From Pseudomonas aeruginosa PAO1 (lineage in GTDB: Bacteria > Pseudomonadota > Gammaproteobacteria > Pseudomonadales > Pseudomonadaceae), in NCBI RefSeq assembly GCF_000006765.1, contig NC_002516.2: 64,000 nt of DNA; one strand, given 5' to 3'. Below are positions 1-11,451 of this stretch, in pieces (positions within the stretch are counted from its first letter, which is position 1; each line of letters begins with the position of its first letter). Under the pieces are notes generated by a model. The model did not search any database. It had not been told where the DNA came from and worked only from the letters and a program-made list of their open reading frames with translations. A program made the translations under genes and the position numbers.

Positions 1-111
1 CTCGCGCATGTCCGGGAGCAGGCGCATGAGCCGCGCGTAGTTCGCTTCGCAGGTCGCCTGCAGGCTGGCCAGGTCGACCCGGTAGCGCTCGCGCAGCAGG
101 TTCAGGCCCAT
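1..111 (-). CDS. yqiB: DUF1249 (YqiB-like) protein, 5' part only; runs off the window start
   Basis: Manual translation from ATG at 111: MGLNLLRERYRVDLASLQATCEANYARLMRLLPDMRE; the CEANY..L motif is typical of DUF1249, which normally follows nudF; start overlaps the nudF stop by 10 nt. Confidence 0.8.
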   Translation of the reverse strand, partial: MGLNLLRERYRVDLASLQATCEANYARLMRLLPDMRE

Positions 112-719
112 AGCCCACGCACCTCGGCCCGGTTCAGGGCCAGCCACTGCAGGGCGATGATGCTCGCCGCGTTGTTGATCCGCCCGTCGCGCACGGCCTG
201 CAGCGCATCTTCCAACGGCCAGACGTGGACGCGGATGTCCTCGCCCTCCTCCGGCAAGCCATGCACGCCGCCGACGCCTTCGCTGTCGCAACGGCCGACG
301 AACAGGTGCACCACTTCGTCGGTGCCGCCCGGCGACGGCAGGTACTGGGTTATCGGCCAGAGCGCACCGAGAGTCAGCCCGGCCTCCTCCATCGCCTCGC
401 GATGGGCCACTTCCTCCGGTTGCTCGTCCTTGTCGATCAGGCCGGCGACCAGCTCCAGCAGCCAGGGGTTGGCGAGCTTCTGCATCGCCCCGACGCGGAA
501 TTGCTCGATGAGCACCACGCAATCGCGCTGCGGGTCGTAGGGCAGCACGCAGACCGCGTCATGGCGGACGAACAGTTCCCGACTGATTTCCCGGCCCATG
601 CTGCCGTCGAACTGGCGATGCCGCAGGCGCAGGCGATCGAGACGATAGAAGCCACGGAAGCATTCCTCGCGCTGCACGAGTTCGACGTCACCGGGGGCGG
701 GTTTGAAGGTTTCGGACAT
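102..719 (-). CDS. nudF: ADP-ribose/ADP-sugar pyrophosphatase (Nudix)
   Basis: Canonical Nudix box GLIDKDEQPEEVAHREAMEEAG (G-X5-E-X7-RE-X2-EE-X-G), SPGG loop, EGEDI motif; nudF-yqiB synteny. Confidence 0.95.
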   Translation of the reverse strand: MSETFKPAPGDVELVQREECFRGFYRLDRLRLRHRQFDGSMGREISRELFVRHDAVCVLPYDPQRDCVVLIEQFRVGAMQKLANPWLLELVAGLIDKDEQPEEVAHREAMEEAGLTLGALWPITQYLPSPGGTDEVVHLFVGRCDSEGVGGVHGLPEEGEDIRVHVWPLEDALQAVRDGRINNAASIIALQWLALNRAEVRGLWA

Positions 720-961
720 CCTCGACTCACTTCACTCGGGTATGTGGGTTTCGCGCCATCCTATCGCGGCCCGGCGCAGGGCGCAGCCACTTTCAGGACA
801 GCTCGGGAAAACTTCGTGGCGCTCGCCGCACGGGCGTGTTTCCCGGCCACGGCTAGGCCATACTTGGGGTTTGCGCGGGCCGAACTCAAGCGCGACGCCA
901 GGGTCGAAACGGACTGGTCGACGCTTCGAGCCCGCCCATCCACCGTCGCAAAAGGAATCCC

Positions 962-1708
962 ATGCGCCTTCTGAAATTCGCCGCCCTCGGCAGCCTGGTC
1001 GTTCTGCTGAGCGCCTGCCAGAGCCTCTTCAAGCCCGGCCTCGACGACCCGCTGCCCACCGAGCGCCTCGCCAGCGAGCACCTGAAGCCCGGCTGTCAGG
1101 GCGAACAGTGTCCCTTGGTAAACATCGACACCTTGAAGTTCCCCGACGAACCGCAGTTGGACCCGATCGTCGAGCGCGCCCTGCTGGAAATGACCCGGGA
1201 AAACAACGAAACGCCCCTGCCGGCATCGCTGGCGGCCTACGAGCGGCAGTTCCTGGACAGCGCCGAGCCGGGCTGGAGCAGCTACCTGCAAGCCAAGGTG
1301 CGCGAACAACATGACGGTCTGGTGATCATCGAGCTTTCCAGCTACCTGTTCACCGGCGGCGCCCACGGCATGCCCGGTCGCGGCTTCATCAACTACGACC
1401 GCAGGCAGCACAAGGTGCTGAGCCTGCAGGACATGCTGGTTCCCGGCCAGGAAGAAGCCTTCTGGAAACAGGCCGAGCTGGCGCACAAGGCCTGGCTGCT
1501 GGCCAACAAGCTCGACCAGGACGCCGATTTCCAGAAGACCTGGCCGTTCCAGCGCACCCCGCACGTGGCATTGACCTTCGGCGCGGTGACGCTGAAGTAC
1601 GACGCCTACTCCATCGCGCCGTATTCCTATGCCCACCCCGAACTGAAGATCCCGTATCCGCGCCTGAACGGCATCGTCAAGCCGAACCTGTTCCCCGGCC
1701 GCGGCTGA
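962..1708 (+). CDS. Lipoprotein of the RsiV/PdaC-like (DUF3298/DUF4163) family
   Basis: Lipobox LSAC at residue 19; YLFTGGAHG and C-terminal YDAYSIAPYSYAHPELKIPY motifs typical of DUF3298/DUF4163; RBS AAGGA. Confidence 0.75.
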   Translation: MRLLKFAALGSLVVLLSACQSLFKPGLDDPLPTERLASEHLKPGCQGEQCPLVNIDTLKFPDEPQLDPIVERALLEMTRENNETPLPASLAAYERQFLDSAEPGWSSYLQAKVREQHDGLVIIELSSYLFTGGAHGMPGRGFINYDRRQHKVLSLQDMLVPGQEEAFWKQAELAHKAWLLANKLDQDADFQKTWPFQRTPHVALTFGAVTLKYDAYSIAPYSYAHPELKIPYPRLNGIVKPNLFPGRG

Positions 1709-1726
1709 CGCTTCCGACGCTCCGCA

Positions 1727-1748
1727 GCCCCTCGTCACGGCGAGGGGC
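1727..1748. terminator. Hairpin between the convergent lipoprotein gene and thiC
   Basis: GCCCCTCG-tcacgg-CGAGGGGC, 8-bp stem, no long U tract. Confidence 0.55.
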
Positions 1749-1761
1749 CCCGTGGCGCGGC

Positions 1762-3868
<2,107 letters not shown>

Positions 3869-4100
3869 CCCCGGCAGTCTAATCAACACCGGCGGGATAC
3901 GCCAACGGGAAAACGCCCCGCCCGACCGGCAGTCATGGTCCAGTCCGGCGCCCTCTCGCCAGGGAAGACGCAGATCCCCGCACGTTCGCCGGCACATCGA
4001 TCCGGACTGGCTCTTCGATCAGTTGCCGCGCAGGTGCCTTGACCGCCACCGGTAGCGACCTTAGCCTTGCCCCACCTCGCATCTTTTCCAGGACGAACGA

Positions 4101-5549
4101 ATGCTGCGCAGACTCTCCCTGGCGGCCGCCGTGGCCGCTGCTACCGGTGTCGCCTGGGCCGCCCAGCCGACCCCGCTGCCGACCAAGACCGACCTGATCA
4201 GCGTCTACAAGGAAGCCGTCGACAACAACGCCGACCTCGCCGCCGCCCAGGCCGACTACCTGGCGCGCAAGGAAGTGGTGCCCCAGGCCCGCGCCGGCCT
4301 GCTGCCGCAACTCGGCGCCGGCGCCCGCGTCGGAGACACCCGGATCGCATTCGACGAGCGTCCGGCGACCGTCAAGCGCAACAGCCAGGTCGTCCAGGCC
4401 ACCCTCAGCCAGCCGTTGTTCCGCGCCGACCGCTGGTTCCAGTGGCAGGCCGCCAAGGAAACCAGCGACCAGGCCCGGCTGGAATTCTCCGCGACCCAGC
4501 AGGACCTGATCCTGCGCAGCGCCGAGACCTACTTCACGGTGCTCCGCGCCCAGGACAACCTGGCCACCAGCAAGGCCGAGGAAGCCGCCTTCAAGCGCCA
4601 GCTGGACCAGGCCAACGAGCGCTTCGACGTGGGCCTTTCCGACAAGACCGACGTGCTCGAGGCCCAGGCCAGCTACGACACCGCCCGCGCCAACCGGTTG
4701 ATCGCCGAACAGCGCGTGGACGATGCCTTCCAGGCCCTGGTGACCCTGACCAACCGCGACTACAGCGCCATCGAGGGCATGCGCCACACCCTGCCGGTGG
4801 TGCCGCCGGCGCCGAACGACGCCAAGGCCTGGGTCGACACCGCGGTGCAGCAGAACCTGCGCCTGCTGGCCAGCAACTACGCGGTCAACGCCGCCGAGGA
4901 AACCCTCCGCCAGCGCAAGGCCGGGCACCTGCCGACCCTCGATGCCGTGGCCCAGTACCAGAAGGGCGACAACGACGCCCTCGGCTTCGCCAACAGCGCC
5001 GCCAATCCGCTGGTGCACTATGGCAAGTATGTCGACGAGCGCAGCATTGGCCTGGAACTGAACATCCCGATCTACAGCGGCGGCCTGACCTCCTCCCAGG
5101 TCCGCGAGTCCTACCAGCGCCTCAACCAGAGCGAGCAATCCCGCGAAGGCCAGCGCCGCCAGGTGGTGCAGGATACCCGCAACCTGCACCGCGCGGTGAA
5201 TACCGACGTCGAGCAGGTCCAGGCGCGGCGCCAGGCGATCATCTCCAACCAGAGTTCGCTGGAAGCCACCGAGATCGGCTACCAGGTCGGCACCCGCAAC
5301 ATCGTCGACGTGCTCAACGCCCAGCGCCAGCTGTACGCCGCCGTGCGCGACTACAACAACAGCCGCTACGACTACATCCTCGATACCCTGCGCCTGAAGC
5401 AGGCGGCCGGCACCCTCAGCCCGGCCGACCTGGAGGCGCTCAGCGCCTACCTGAAGCAGGACTACGATCCGGACAAGGACTTCCTCCCGCCGGACCTGGC
5501 CAAGGCCGCCGCCGAGCAGTTACAGAGCAAGCCGCGCCAGCAGTACTAG
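4101..5549 (+). CDS. opmH: TolC-family outer membrane efflux protein (OpmH)
   Basis: Signal peptide, two OEP repeats, GHLPTL, NIPIYSGG, YQVGTRNIVDVLNAQ motifs; tolC-thiC synteny of pseudomonads. Confidence 0.9.
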   Translation: MLRRLSLAAAVAAATGVAWAAQPTPLPTKTDLISVYKEAVDNNADLAAAQADYLARKEVVPQARAGLLPQLGAGARVGDTRIAFDERPATVKRNSQVVQATLSQPLFRADRWFQWQAAKETSDQARLEFSATQQDLILRSAETYFTVLRAQDNLATSKAEEAAFKRQLDQANERFDVGLSDKTDVLEAQASYDTARANRLIAEQRVDDAFQALVTLTNRDYSAIEGMRHTLPVVPPAPNDAKAWVDTAVQQNLRLLASNYAVNAAEETLRQRKAGHLPTLDAVAQYQKGDNDALGFANSAANPLVHYGKYVDERSIGLELNIPIYSGGLTSSQVRESYQRLNQSEQSREGQRRQVVQDTRNLHRAVNTDVEQVQARRQAIISNQSSLEATEIGYQVGTRNIVDVLNAQRQLYAAVRDYNNSRYDYILDTLRLKQAAGTLSPADLEALSAYLKQDYDPDKDFLPPDLAKAAAEQLQSKPRQQY

Positions 5550-5553
5550 CACG

Positions 5554-5587
5554 AGCCAAGACGCCCCCGGTCGGGGGCGTCTTGGCT
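5554..5587. terminator. Probable bidirectional terminator between opmH and the convergent quinone oxidoreductase gene
   Basis: Perfect 15-bp inverted repeat AGCCAAGACGCCCCC-ggtc-GGGGGCGTCTTGGCT. Confidence 0.8.
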
Positions 5588-5614
5588 TGACTGGCCTGGC
5601 GCGCGTCGCCCGGG

Positions 5615-6319
5615 TCAGCGCGCCAGCGGCTGGAGCAGCGCGTCGAACTGCTCCAGCCGCGGGAACCGCAGGGGTACATCCTGCTCGAGATTTTCCAGCC
5701 GCGCCCGGTAGGCGCGCAGGAAGTTGCCGCGCGCTTCCTCGCTGATGTATGGCACGTGCCAGGCGACGAAGGGCTCCAGCACCTGCATGCCGACATAGGC
5801 CAGGGTGCCGCGCAGGATCGGCCGCAGCATGTCCTCCAGCGGTCCGTGGATGGCACCCTCGCCGAACATGTGCTGGCGCCCGCCCAGGGTCAGGCTGACC
5901 AGCGCCTTCTTGCCGGCCAGGCCACCCTGGTCGTAGAAGCGCTTGCCGCCATAGCAGACCCCGGACACCAGTACCCGGTCGAACCACCCCTTGAGGATCG
6001 CCGGCACCGAGAACCAGTAGATCGGAAAGTTGAGGATCAGCAGGTCGGCCCACAGCAGCTTGTCCAGCTCGGCCTGGATGTCGGCGGCCAGGCTCTGGCG
6101 CTTGACGCTCTCGCGCTGCTCCAGGGCGTACACCAGGTAGTCGGGATCGGCGCGCTCGGCGAAGTCGGCGGCACTGGCCACCGGATTCCAGTTCATCGCG
6201 TAGAGATCCGAGACCTGCACCGCGTGGCCCTGGCCTGCCAGGGTCTCGCATGCCTGGTCACAGAGCGCGCGGGTGAAGGATTGCGGTTCGTTGTGGGCGT
6301 GGACGATCAGTACGTTCAT
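5615..6319 (-). CDS. Flavodoxin-fold NAD(P)H:quinone oxidoreductase (234 aa from MNVLIVHAH)
   Basis: VHAHNEPQSF, DLYAMNWNP, FPIYWFSVPAILKGWFDRV motifs of the MdaB/NQO/KefF family. Confidence 0.9.
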   Translation of the reverse strand: MNVLIVHAHNEPQSFTRALCDQACETLAGQGHAVQVSDLYAMNWNPVASAADFAERADPDYLVYALEQRESVKRQSLAADIQAELDKLLWADLLILNFPIYWFSVPAILKGWFDRVLVSGVCYGGKRFYDQGGLAGKKALVSLTLGGRQHMFGEGAIHGPLEDMLRPILRGTLAYVGMQVLEPFVAWHVPYISEEARGNFLRAYRARLENLEQDVPLRFPRLEQFDALLQPLAR

Positions 6320-6369
6320 CGTGGTTTCCGAATCGTGGTGACCGGCCGCATCGCTCGCGGCCGAGGGGT

Positions 6370-7551
6370 TCAGGCCTGGCCGAGCAACTCGGCGGCGCAC
6401 AGCGCAATGCGCCGACAGGCTTCGCGCAGCGGTTCGGCGCCCAACACCAGGCCGAGGCGGATGTGACCGGCGGCGCTCGGGCCGAAGGCTTCGCCGGCGA
6501 GCACCGATACGCCATGGCGGTCCAGCAGGCGGTCGGCGAAGGCCTGGGCGGAAAGTCCGGTGGGACGGATGTCGACCATCACGAACATGCCGCCGTCCGG
6601 GCGCAGTGGACGCAGGCCGGGGCTGTCGGCCAGGCACTCGATTACCAGGTCGCGGCGGCGGCGGTAGGCCTCGCGCATCGCCTCCAACTCCGGCAGCGGC
6701 GCTTCCAGCGCGGTGCAGGCGGCATCCTGGATGAATTCCGGCGAGCCATAGAGCATGCACAGGGCGAGGTTCTCCAGGTGCGCGCAGAGTGCTGCGGGAC
6801 CGACCACCCAGCCGACCCGCCAGCCGGTCATGGCGTGGGATTTCGACAGGCTGTTGAGGGTCGCGGTACGGTCGGCCATCCCCGGCAGGCTGGCCGGGCT
6901 GACATGCTCGCCGTCGAACAGCAGTTCGCTGTAGACCTCGTCGGAGATCATCCACAGGTCATGGGCCATGCACAGCTCGGCCAGGGCTTCCCAGGTGGCC
7001 CGCGGCAGGCTGGCGCCGGACGGGTTGTGCGGGCTGTTCAGCGCCATCGCGCGCGTGCGCGGGGTGATCAGTGCGGCGACCTCCTCGGCCTGCACGCGGA
7101 AGCCATTCTCGGAGCGCACCGGCACCGGCACCACCCGCGCGCCACAGGCGCCGAACACCGCTTCGTAGGTGACGTACATCGGCTCGGCGACTATCACCTC
7201 GTCGCCCGGATTCAGCAGGCACTGCACCACCGCGTACAGCGCGCATTGGGCACCTGCCAGCACCACCACCTGCTCCGCGTCCACCGCCTGGCCGCTGCGC
7301 CGCCGGTGGCGCTCGGCGATGCGCTGGCGCAGGGCGCGCTTGCCGCGCACGTCGGCGTAGTGGGTGTTGCCGGCCAGCAGGCTGTCGATGGCCGCCTGGA
7401 CGATGGGCGCCGGGGTATCGAAGTCGGGGTCGCCGACCGACAGCAGGAGGATTTCCTCGCCCTGCTCGACCCGCGCCAGCGCGCGATAGTGGATGTCCCA
7501 GGCAGCGGCGCCGTCGCCGGCGATACGTTGAGTGAAGTCGGAATAGCGCAT
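6370..7551 (-). CDS. aruH: Arginine:pyruvate transaminase (class I PLP aminotransferase)
   Basis: NSPHNPSG, DEVY, SLSKSHAMTGWRVG (PLP lysine); position directly after aruI. Confidence 0.9.
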   Translation of the reverse strand: MRYSDFTQRIAGDGAAAWDIHYRALARVEQGEEILLLSVGDPDFDTPAPIVQAAIDSLLAGNTHYADVRGKRALRQRIAERHRRRSGQAVDAEQVVVLAGAQCALYAVVQCLLNPGDEVIVAEPMYVTYEAVFGACGARVVPVPVRSENGFRVQAEEVAALITPRTRAMALNSPHNPSGASLPRATWEALAELCMAHDLWMISDEVYSELLFDGEHVSPASLPGMADRTATLNSLSKSHAMTGWRVGWVVGPAALCAHLENLALCMLYGSPEFIQDAACTALEAPLPELEAMREAYRRRRDLVIECLADSPGLRPLRPDGGMFVMVDIRPTGLSAQAFADRLLDRHGVSVLAGEAFGPSAAGHIRLGLVLGAEPLREACRRIALCAAELLGQA

Positions 7552-7573
7552 GGATGCTCTCCTTGTCCGGCGG

Positions 7574-9184
7574 TCAGCGCGCGCAGGCGTGCCGCAGTTC
7601 GATCAGGGTCACGCCGGACTGCCCGAAGCCGGCGCGCAGGTCGCGCTCCAGTTCGTCCAGGTCCTGCGGCTGGCGCACCGCGCAACCGTAGGCGCGGCCC
7701 AGCAGGGCGAAGTCGGGGTTGCGCGGCAGCACGCCGACCGGCTCGATGTCCAGGCCGAGCATGTCGTCGCGGATCTGGCCGAGCGCGTCGTTGTTCCACA
7801 GTAGCACCACCAGCGGACTGTCCAGTTCCTCGCTGGCGGTGGCCAGTTCCTGCGCGGTGTAGAGGAAGCCGCCATCGCCGACCAGCACCAGGCCCGGGCG
7901 CTGCGGGGCGCCGAGCTTGGCGCCGATGCCGGCCGGCAGGCCGTAGCCGAGGGTGCCGTAGCCGGTGGGATGCAGCCAGCTGCGCGGTGCTCGGCTGGCG
8001 AACGCGTAGTTGCCGGTATAGGCCAGTTGGGTCATGTCGGTGCTGACGAACGCATCGGCCGGCAGCGCGGCGGCGATCCGGTCGAGGATCGCCTGGTGCA
8101 GCGCCTGCAGCGGCGCGTGTGCCGCGCGGATCTCCGCGCGCAGGCGCGCCACCCTCGCGGCGGCCGGCGCGGAGTCGCGGGCCTCCTGCGGCAGGCGCAC
8201 CAGCAGCGCCTCCAGGGTCTGCCGGGCATCGCCCCTGAGCGCTACGGCAGAGGGATAGAAGTCGTTGAACTTGCGCGGGTCGATATCGACGCGGATCAGT
8301 TCGCCGGACAGCGGCAGGCGTTCGCGCCAGAAGTCGGTGTCGGCCATCTCGGTGCCCACCGCCAGCACCAGGTCGGCCTCGGCGATCATCTCCCAGCCCG
8401 GCGCTACGCACAGGCTGGCCCCGGCGTTGAGCGGCGCGTCCGGCGGCAGCAGACCCTTGCCGGCGACGCTGGTGAACAGCGGCGCGGCCAGGCGCTCGCT
8501 CAGCGCGGCAAGCGCCTCGCCGGCCGCCAGCGCGCCGCCGCCGGCGATGAGCATTGGTCGCCGGGCCGCAGCCAGGCGCTCCGCCGCCGCCCGCAATGCC
8601 TCGCTGCACGGCACACCACGACCCGGGCGGCGCGCTACGGCAGCGCTCCAGTCATGGGCCACCGGCGCGGCGAGCACGTCGAGCGGGATCGAGATATGCA
8701 CCGGGCGCGGACGCTCGCTGTCGAACACCGCGTAGGCCCGGGCGATCAGTTCGGGCAGCTGTTCCGGGCTCAAGGCCAGGGCGGAGAAGGCAGTGATCGG
8801 CGCGGTCATGGCACGCTGGTCCTGGGTCTCGTGCAGGCAGCCCCAGCCCTTGCCCAGGCTGGCGCTGTGGTTGACGCTGGAAATCACCAGCAGCGGCACC
8901 GAGTCGGCGTAGGCCTGGCCGATGGCGGTGGCGACGTTGGTCACGCCCGGCCCGGTGATGACGAAGCACACTCCCGGCTTGCCGCTGACCCGCGCATAAC
9001 CGTCGGCCATGAAGCCGGCGCCCTGCTCGTGGCGGGTCAGCACGTGGCGGATGCCGCTGCCCGGAAGTCCGCGGTACAGCTCCAGGGTATGCACGCCGGG
9101 GATGCCGAAAACGGTATCCACGCCGTAGTTGGCCAGCAAGCGGACCAGGGCCTGGCCGGCGGTGAGGGTCTTCTGTGGTTGCAT
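7574..9184 (-). CDS. aruI: 2-ketoarginine decarboxylase (TPP-dependent), 536 aa from MQPQKT
   Basis: FGIPGVH, RHEQGAGFMADGYAR, GPGVTN, GDGGF...NND TPP-binding motif; GAGGA RBS before ATG 9184. Confidence 0.88.
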   Translation of the reverse strand: MQPQKTLTAGQALVRLLANYGVDTVFGIPGVHTLELYRGLPGSGIRHVLTRHEQGAGFMADGYARVSGKPGVCFVITGPGVTNVATAIGQAYADSVPLLVISSVNHSASLGKGWGCLHETQDQRAMTAPITAFSALALSPEQLPELIARAYAVFDSERPRPVHISIPLDVLAAPVAHDWSAAVARRPGRGVPCSEALRAAAERLAAARRPMLIAGGGALAAGEALAALSERLAAPLFTSVAGKGLLPPDAPLNAGASLCVAPGWEMIAEADLVLAVGTEMADTDFWRERLPLSGELIRVDIDPRKFNDFYPSAVALRGDARQTLEALLVRLPQEARDSAPAAARVARLRAEIRAAHAPLQALHQAILDRIAAALPADAFVSTDMTQLAYTGNYAFASRAPRSWLHPTGYGTLGYGLPAGIGAKLGAPQRPGLVLVGDGGFLYTAQELATASEELDSPLVVLLWNNDALGQIRDDMLGLDIEPVGVLPRNPDFALLGRAYGCAVRQPQDLDELERDLRAGFGQSGVTLIELRHACAR

Positions 9185-9245
9185 GGGCAATATCCTCGTC
9201 CAGTTCGGCGACCATCGGAGTCGCCGTTCGCGCCGCAGCGCTCTT

Positions 9246-9275
9246 GCTCCCATTCCCACAAGCGGGAGGGGGAGC
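9246..9275. repeat. REP-like imperfect palindrome, copy 1 (aru operon junction)
   Basis: GCTCCCATTCCC-acaagc-GGGAGGGGGAGC; related to the element at 11415-11443. Confidence 0.5.
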
Positions 9276-9294
9276 CGTCGTGTCCCCCCGGCCT

Positions 9295-11385
9295 TCAGCC
9301 ATTGGCCAGCCGGATCAACGCATCCACCGCCAGCGCTCCCTCGGCATCCGCCAGCAACGGATTGACGTCCAGCTCCAGCAAGCGCTCGGCATGTTCGCAG
9401 GCGAATTCGGCGACCGCGCGGATCGCCGCCACCAGGGCCTCCATGCACACTGCCGGGCGACCGCGGAAGCCGCTGAGCAACGGCGCGCTGCGCAGGCTCA
9501 GCAGGGCATCGCGGATCGCCGCGTCGGTGGTTGGCAGCAGCAGGCTGCGACTGTCGCGCAGCAGCTCCACGAGTATCCCGCCGGCACCGATCACCAATGC
9601 CAGGCCGAAGCCCTCCTCGCGCTTGACCCCGACGATCAGCTCGGCCAGCGGCGCGCCAGCCATGCGCTCCAATAAAACACGCTCGAAGACCAGTTGCGGC
9701 GCGTGCCGGGCCAGGCTTTCGCGCATGTCGAACAATGCCGCCTCCAACGCCGCTTCGTTGCGTAGGCCGAGCGCCACGCCACCGGCCTCGGTCTTGTGCG
9801 GCAGTGCGGCGCTGACCGCCTTGAGCACCAGCGGGAAGCCGAGGTCGAGGGCCGCTTCGCGGGCCTGGCCGGGGGTGCTCAGCACCCCCTGGGGCAGTGG
9901 CAGGCCGAAGGGTTTCAGCGCCTGCTTGGATTGCCACTCGTCGAGCAGGTAGCCGTCGCCCGCCAGCGGCCCTGGGCAGATCGGCACCAACGCCGCCTCA
10001 CCGCGCTCCAGCAGCGCCGCGCGGCGCTGGCGGTAGCGGGCGATCCGTCCCCAGGCGGCGAGACCATCCTCGACGCCCTGCAGCGCGGCGACGCCCTCGC
10101 CGTGCAACAGCTCGCGGGCCCGGGCCGGCAGCAGTTCCGGGAACGCCGAGGCGATGAAGCCGACTTTGCCGTGGCGCTTCAGCGCGGCGCAGTAGCGTTG
10201 CAGAAGCAGGTCGCACTGCGGCCGCTCGCCGGTTTCCTCGCCCGGATAGTCGAGCACCAGCAGGGCGGCGTCGGCAGGGCTGCGCAAAGCGCTGTCGAGC
10301 ATTTCCTCCAGGGCCGCGGCATCGCCCCAGATGGCGGTGGTGAAGTCCAGCGGGTTGGCGATGTTGGCGTAGTCGGGCAGCACCCCGGCCAGTTCGTCGC
10401 GCTGTCCGGCGTCGAAAGACGGCAACCCCAGGCCGTTGCGCTCGGCGTAATCGGCGATCAACCCGGCGTCGCCGCCGGAACAGGCCAGCGCGACCAGGCT
10501 CGGCCCGCCAGGCAGGTGGCCGCAGGCGGCGGCCTTGAGGGTTTCGACGAAGCTCACCGGGCCGCTCACGCGGATCACCCCGAGGCGCTCGAACAGGCTG
10601 TCGTAGAGCGCGTCGGAACCGGCCAGGGAACTGGTGTGGCTGAGCGCGAGGGCCGCGCCGATCTTCGACACCCCGGTCTTCAGGGCGATCACCGGCACGC
10701 CTTTCTGCAACGCCTTGTAGGCTGCGCGGGCGAACCCCGGGACGTTCTTCAGCCCTTCCAGATGCAGGCCGATGGCAGTCACCCGCGGCTCGTCGAGCAG
10801 CACGTCCATCAGCTCGGCGATGCCCAGCTGCGCCTGGTTGCCCACCGATGCCATATAGGCCACCGGCAGCGAACGGTCGCTCATCGACAGGTTGTAGGCG
10901 AAGTTGCCACTCTGCGTCAGCACCGCGACGCCCCGCTCCACCTGCCGACCGCCATGTGCCACCGGCCATAGCGCGGCGCCGTGCAGGTAGTCGAGCAAGC
11001 CGTAGCAGTTCGGGCCGAGCAGCGCCATTTCGCCGGCGGCGGCCAGCAGCCGGCGTTGCACGGCCAGGCCCTGTTCGCCGGTTTCGGCGAAGCCGGAGGC
11101 ATAGCAGATCGCCCCGCCGGCGCCTTTGGCGGCGAGCGCGGCGACCGCGTCGAGGGTCAGTTCGCGGTTGGTGGCGACGAACGCCGCGTCCGGGCCGCAC
11201 GGCAGGTCGGCGACGCTGGCCACGCAGGGTACGCCTTCGAGTTCGGCGTGCTGCGGATTGACCAGCCACAACTGGCCGGCGAAACCGCCTTCGGCACAGC
11301 GTTTCAGGGCACGCGCCATGCCACGGCCGCCAATGAAGGCGAGATGCCTGGGTGCCAGCAGGCGCTTGAGGTTTTCACGATTCAT
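9295..11385 (-). CDS. ADP-forming acyl-CoA synthetase (CoA-binding plus ATP-grasp domains)
   Basis: LLGPNCYG, TQSG, SVGNQA, SHTSSLAG phospho-His motif, NPLD, PLVLK..HKTEAGGV, ELDVNPL; no C-terminal GNAT domain, so a ligase rather than a PatZ-type acetyltransferase. Confidence 0.85.
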   Translation of the reverse strand: MNRENLKRLLAPRHLAFIGGRGMARALKRCAEGGFAGQLWLVNPQHAELEGVPCVASVADLPCGPDAAFVATNRELTLDAVAALAAKGAGGAICYASGFAETGEQGLAVQRRLLAAAGEMALLGPNCYGLLDYLHGAALWPVAHGGRQVERGVAVLTQSGNFAYNLSMSDRSLPVAYMASVGNQAQLGIAELMDVLLDEPRVTAIGLHLEGLKNVPGFARAAYKALQKGVPVIALKTGVSKIGAALALSHTSSLAGSDALYDSLFERLGVIRVSGPVSFVETLKAAACGHLPGGPSLVALACSGGDAGLIADYAERNGLGLPSFDAGQRDELAGVLPDYANIANPLDFTTAIWGDAAALEEMLDSALRSPADAALLVLDYPGEETGERPQCDLLLQRYCAALKRHGKVGFIASAFPELLPARARELLHGEGVAALQGVEDGLAAWGRIARYRQRRAALLERGEAALVPICPGPLAGDGYLLDEWQSKQALKPFGLPLPQGVLSTPGQAREAALDLGFPLVLKAVSAALPHKTEAGGVALGLRNEAALEAALFDMRESLARHAPQLVFERVLLERMAGAPLAELIVGVKREEGFGLALVIGAGGILVELLRDSRSLLLPTTDAAIRDALLSLRSAPLLSGFRGRPAVCMEALVAAIRAVAEFACEHAERLLELDVNPLLADAEGALAVDALIRLANG

Positions 11386-11414
11386 GTCGGTTCTCGATTC
11401 GGAACATGGCAGCC

Positions 11415-11443
11415 TTCCCCTCTCCCCTGGAGGAAGAGGGGAG
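11415..11443. repeat. REP-like imperfect palindrome, copy 2 (aru operon junction)
   Basis: TTCCCCTCTCCC-ctgga-GGAAGAGGGGAG. Confidence 0.5.
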
Positions 11444-11451
11444 CCAGGACT

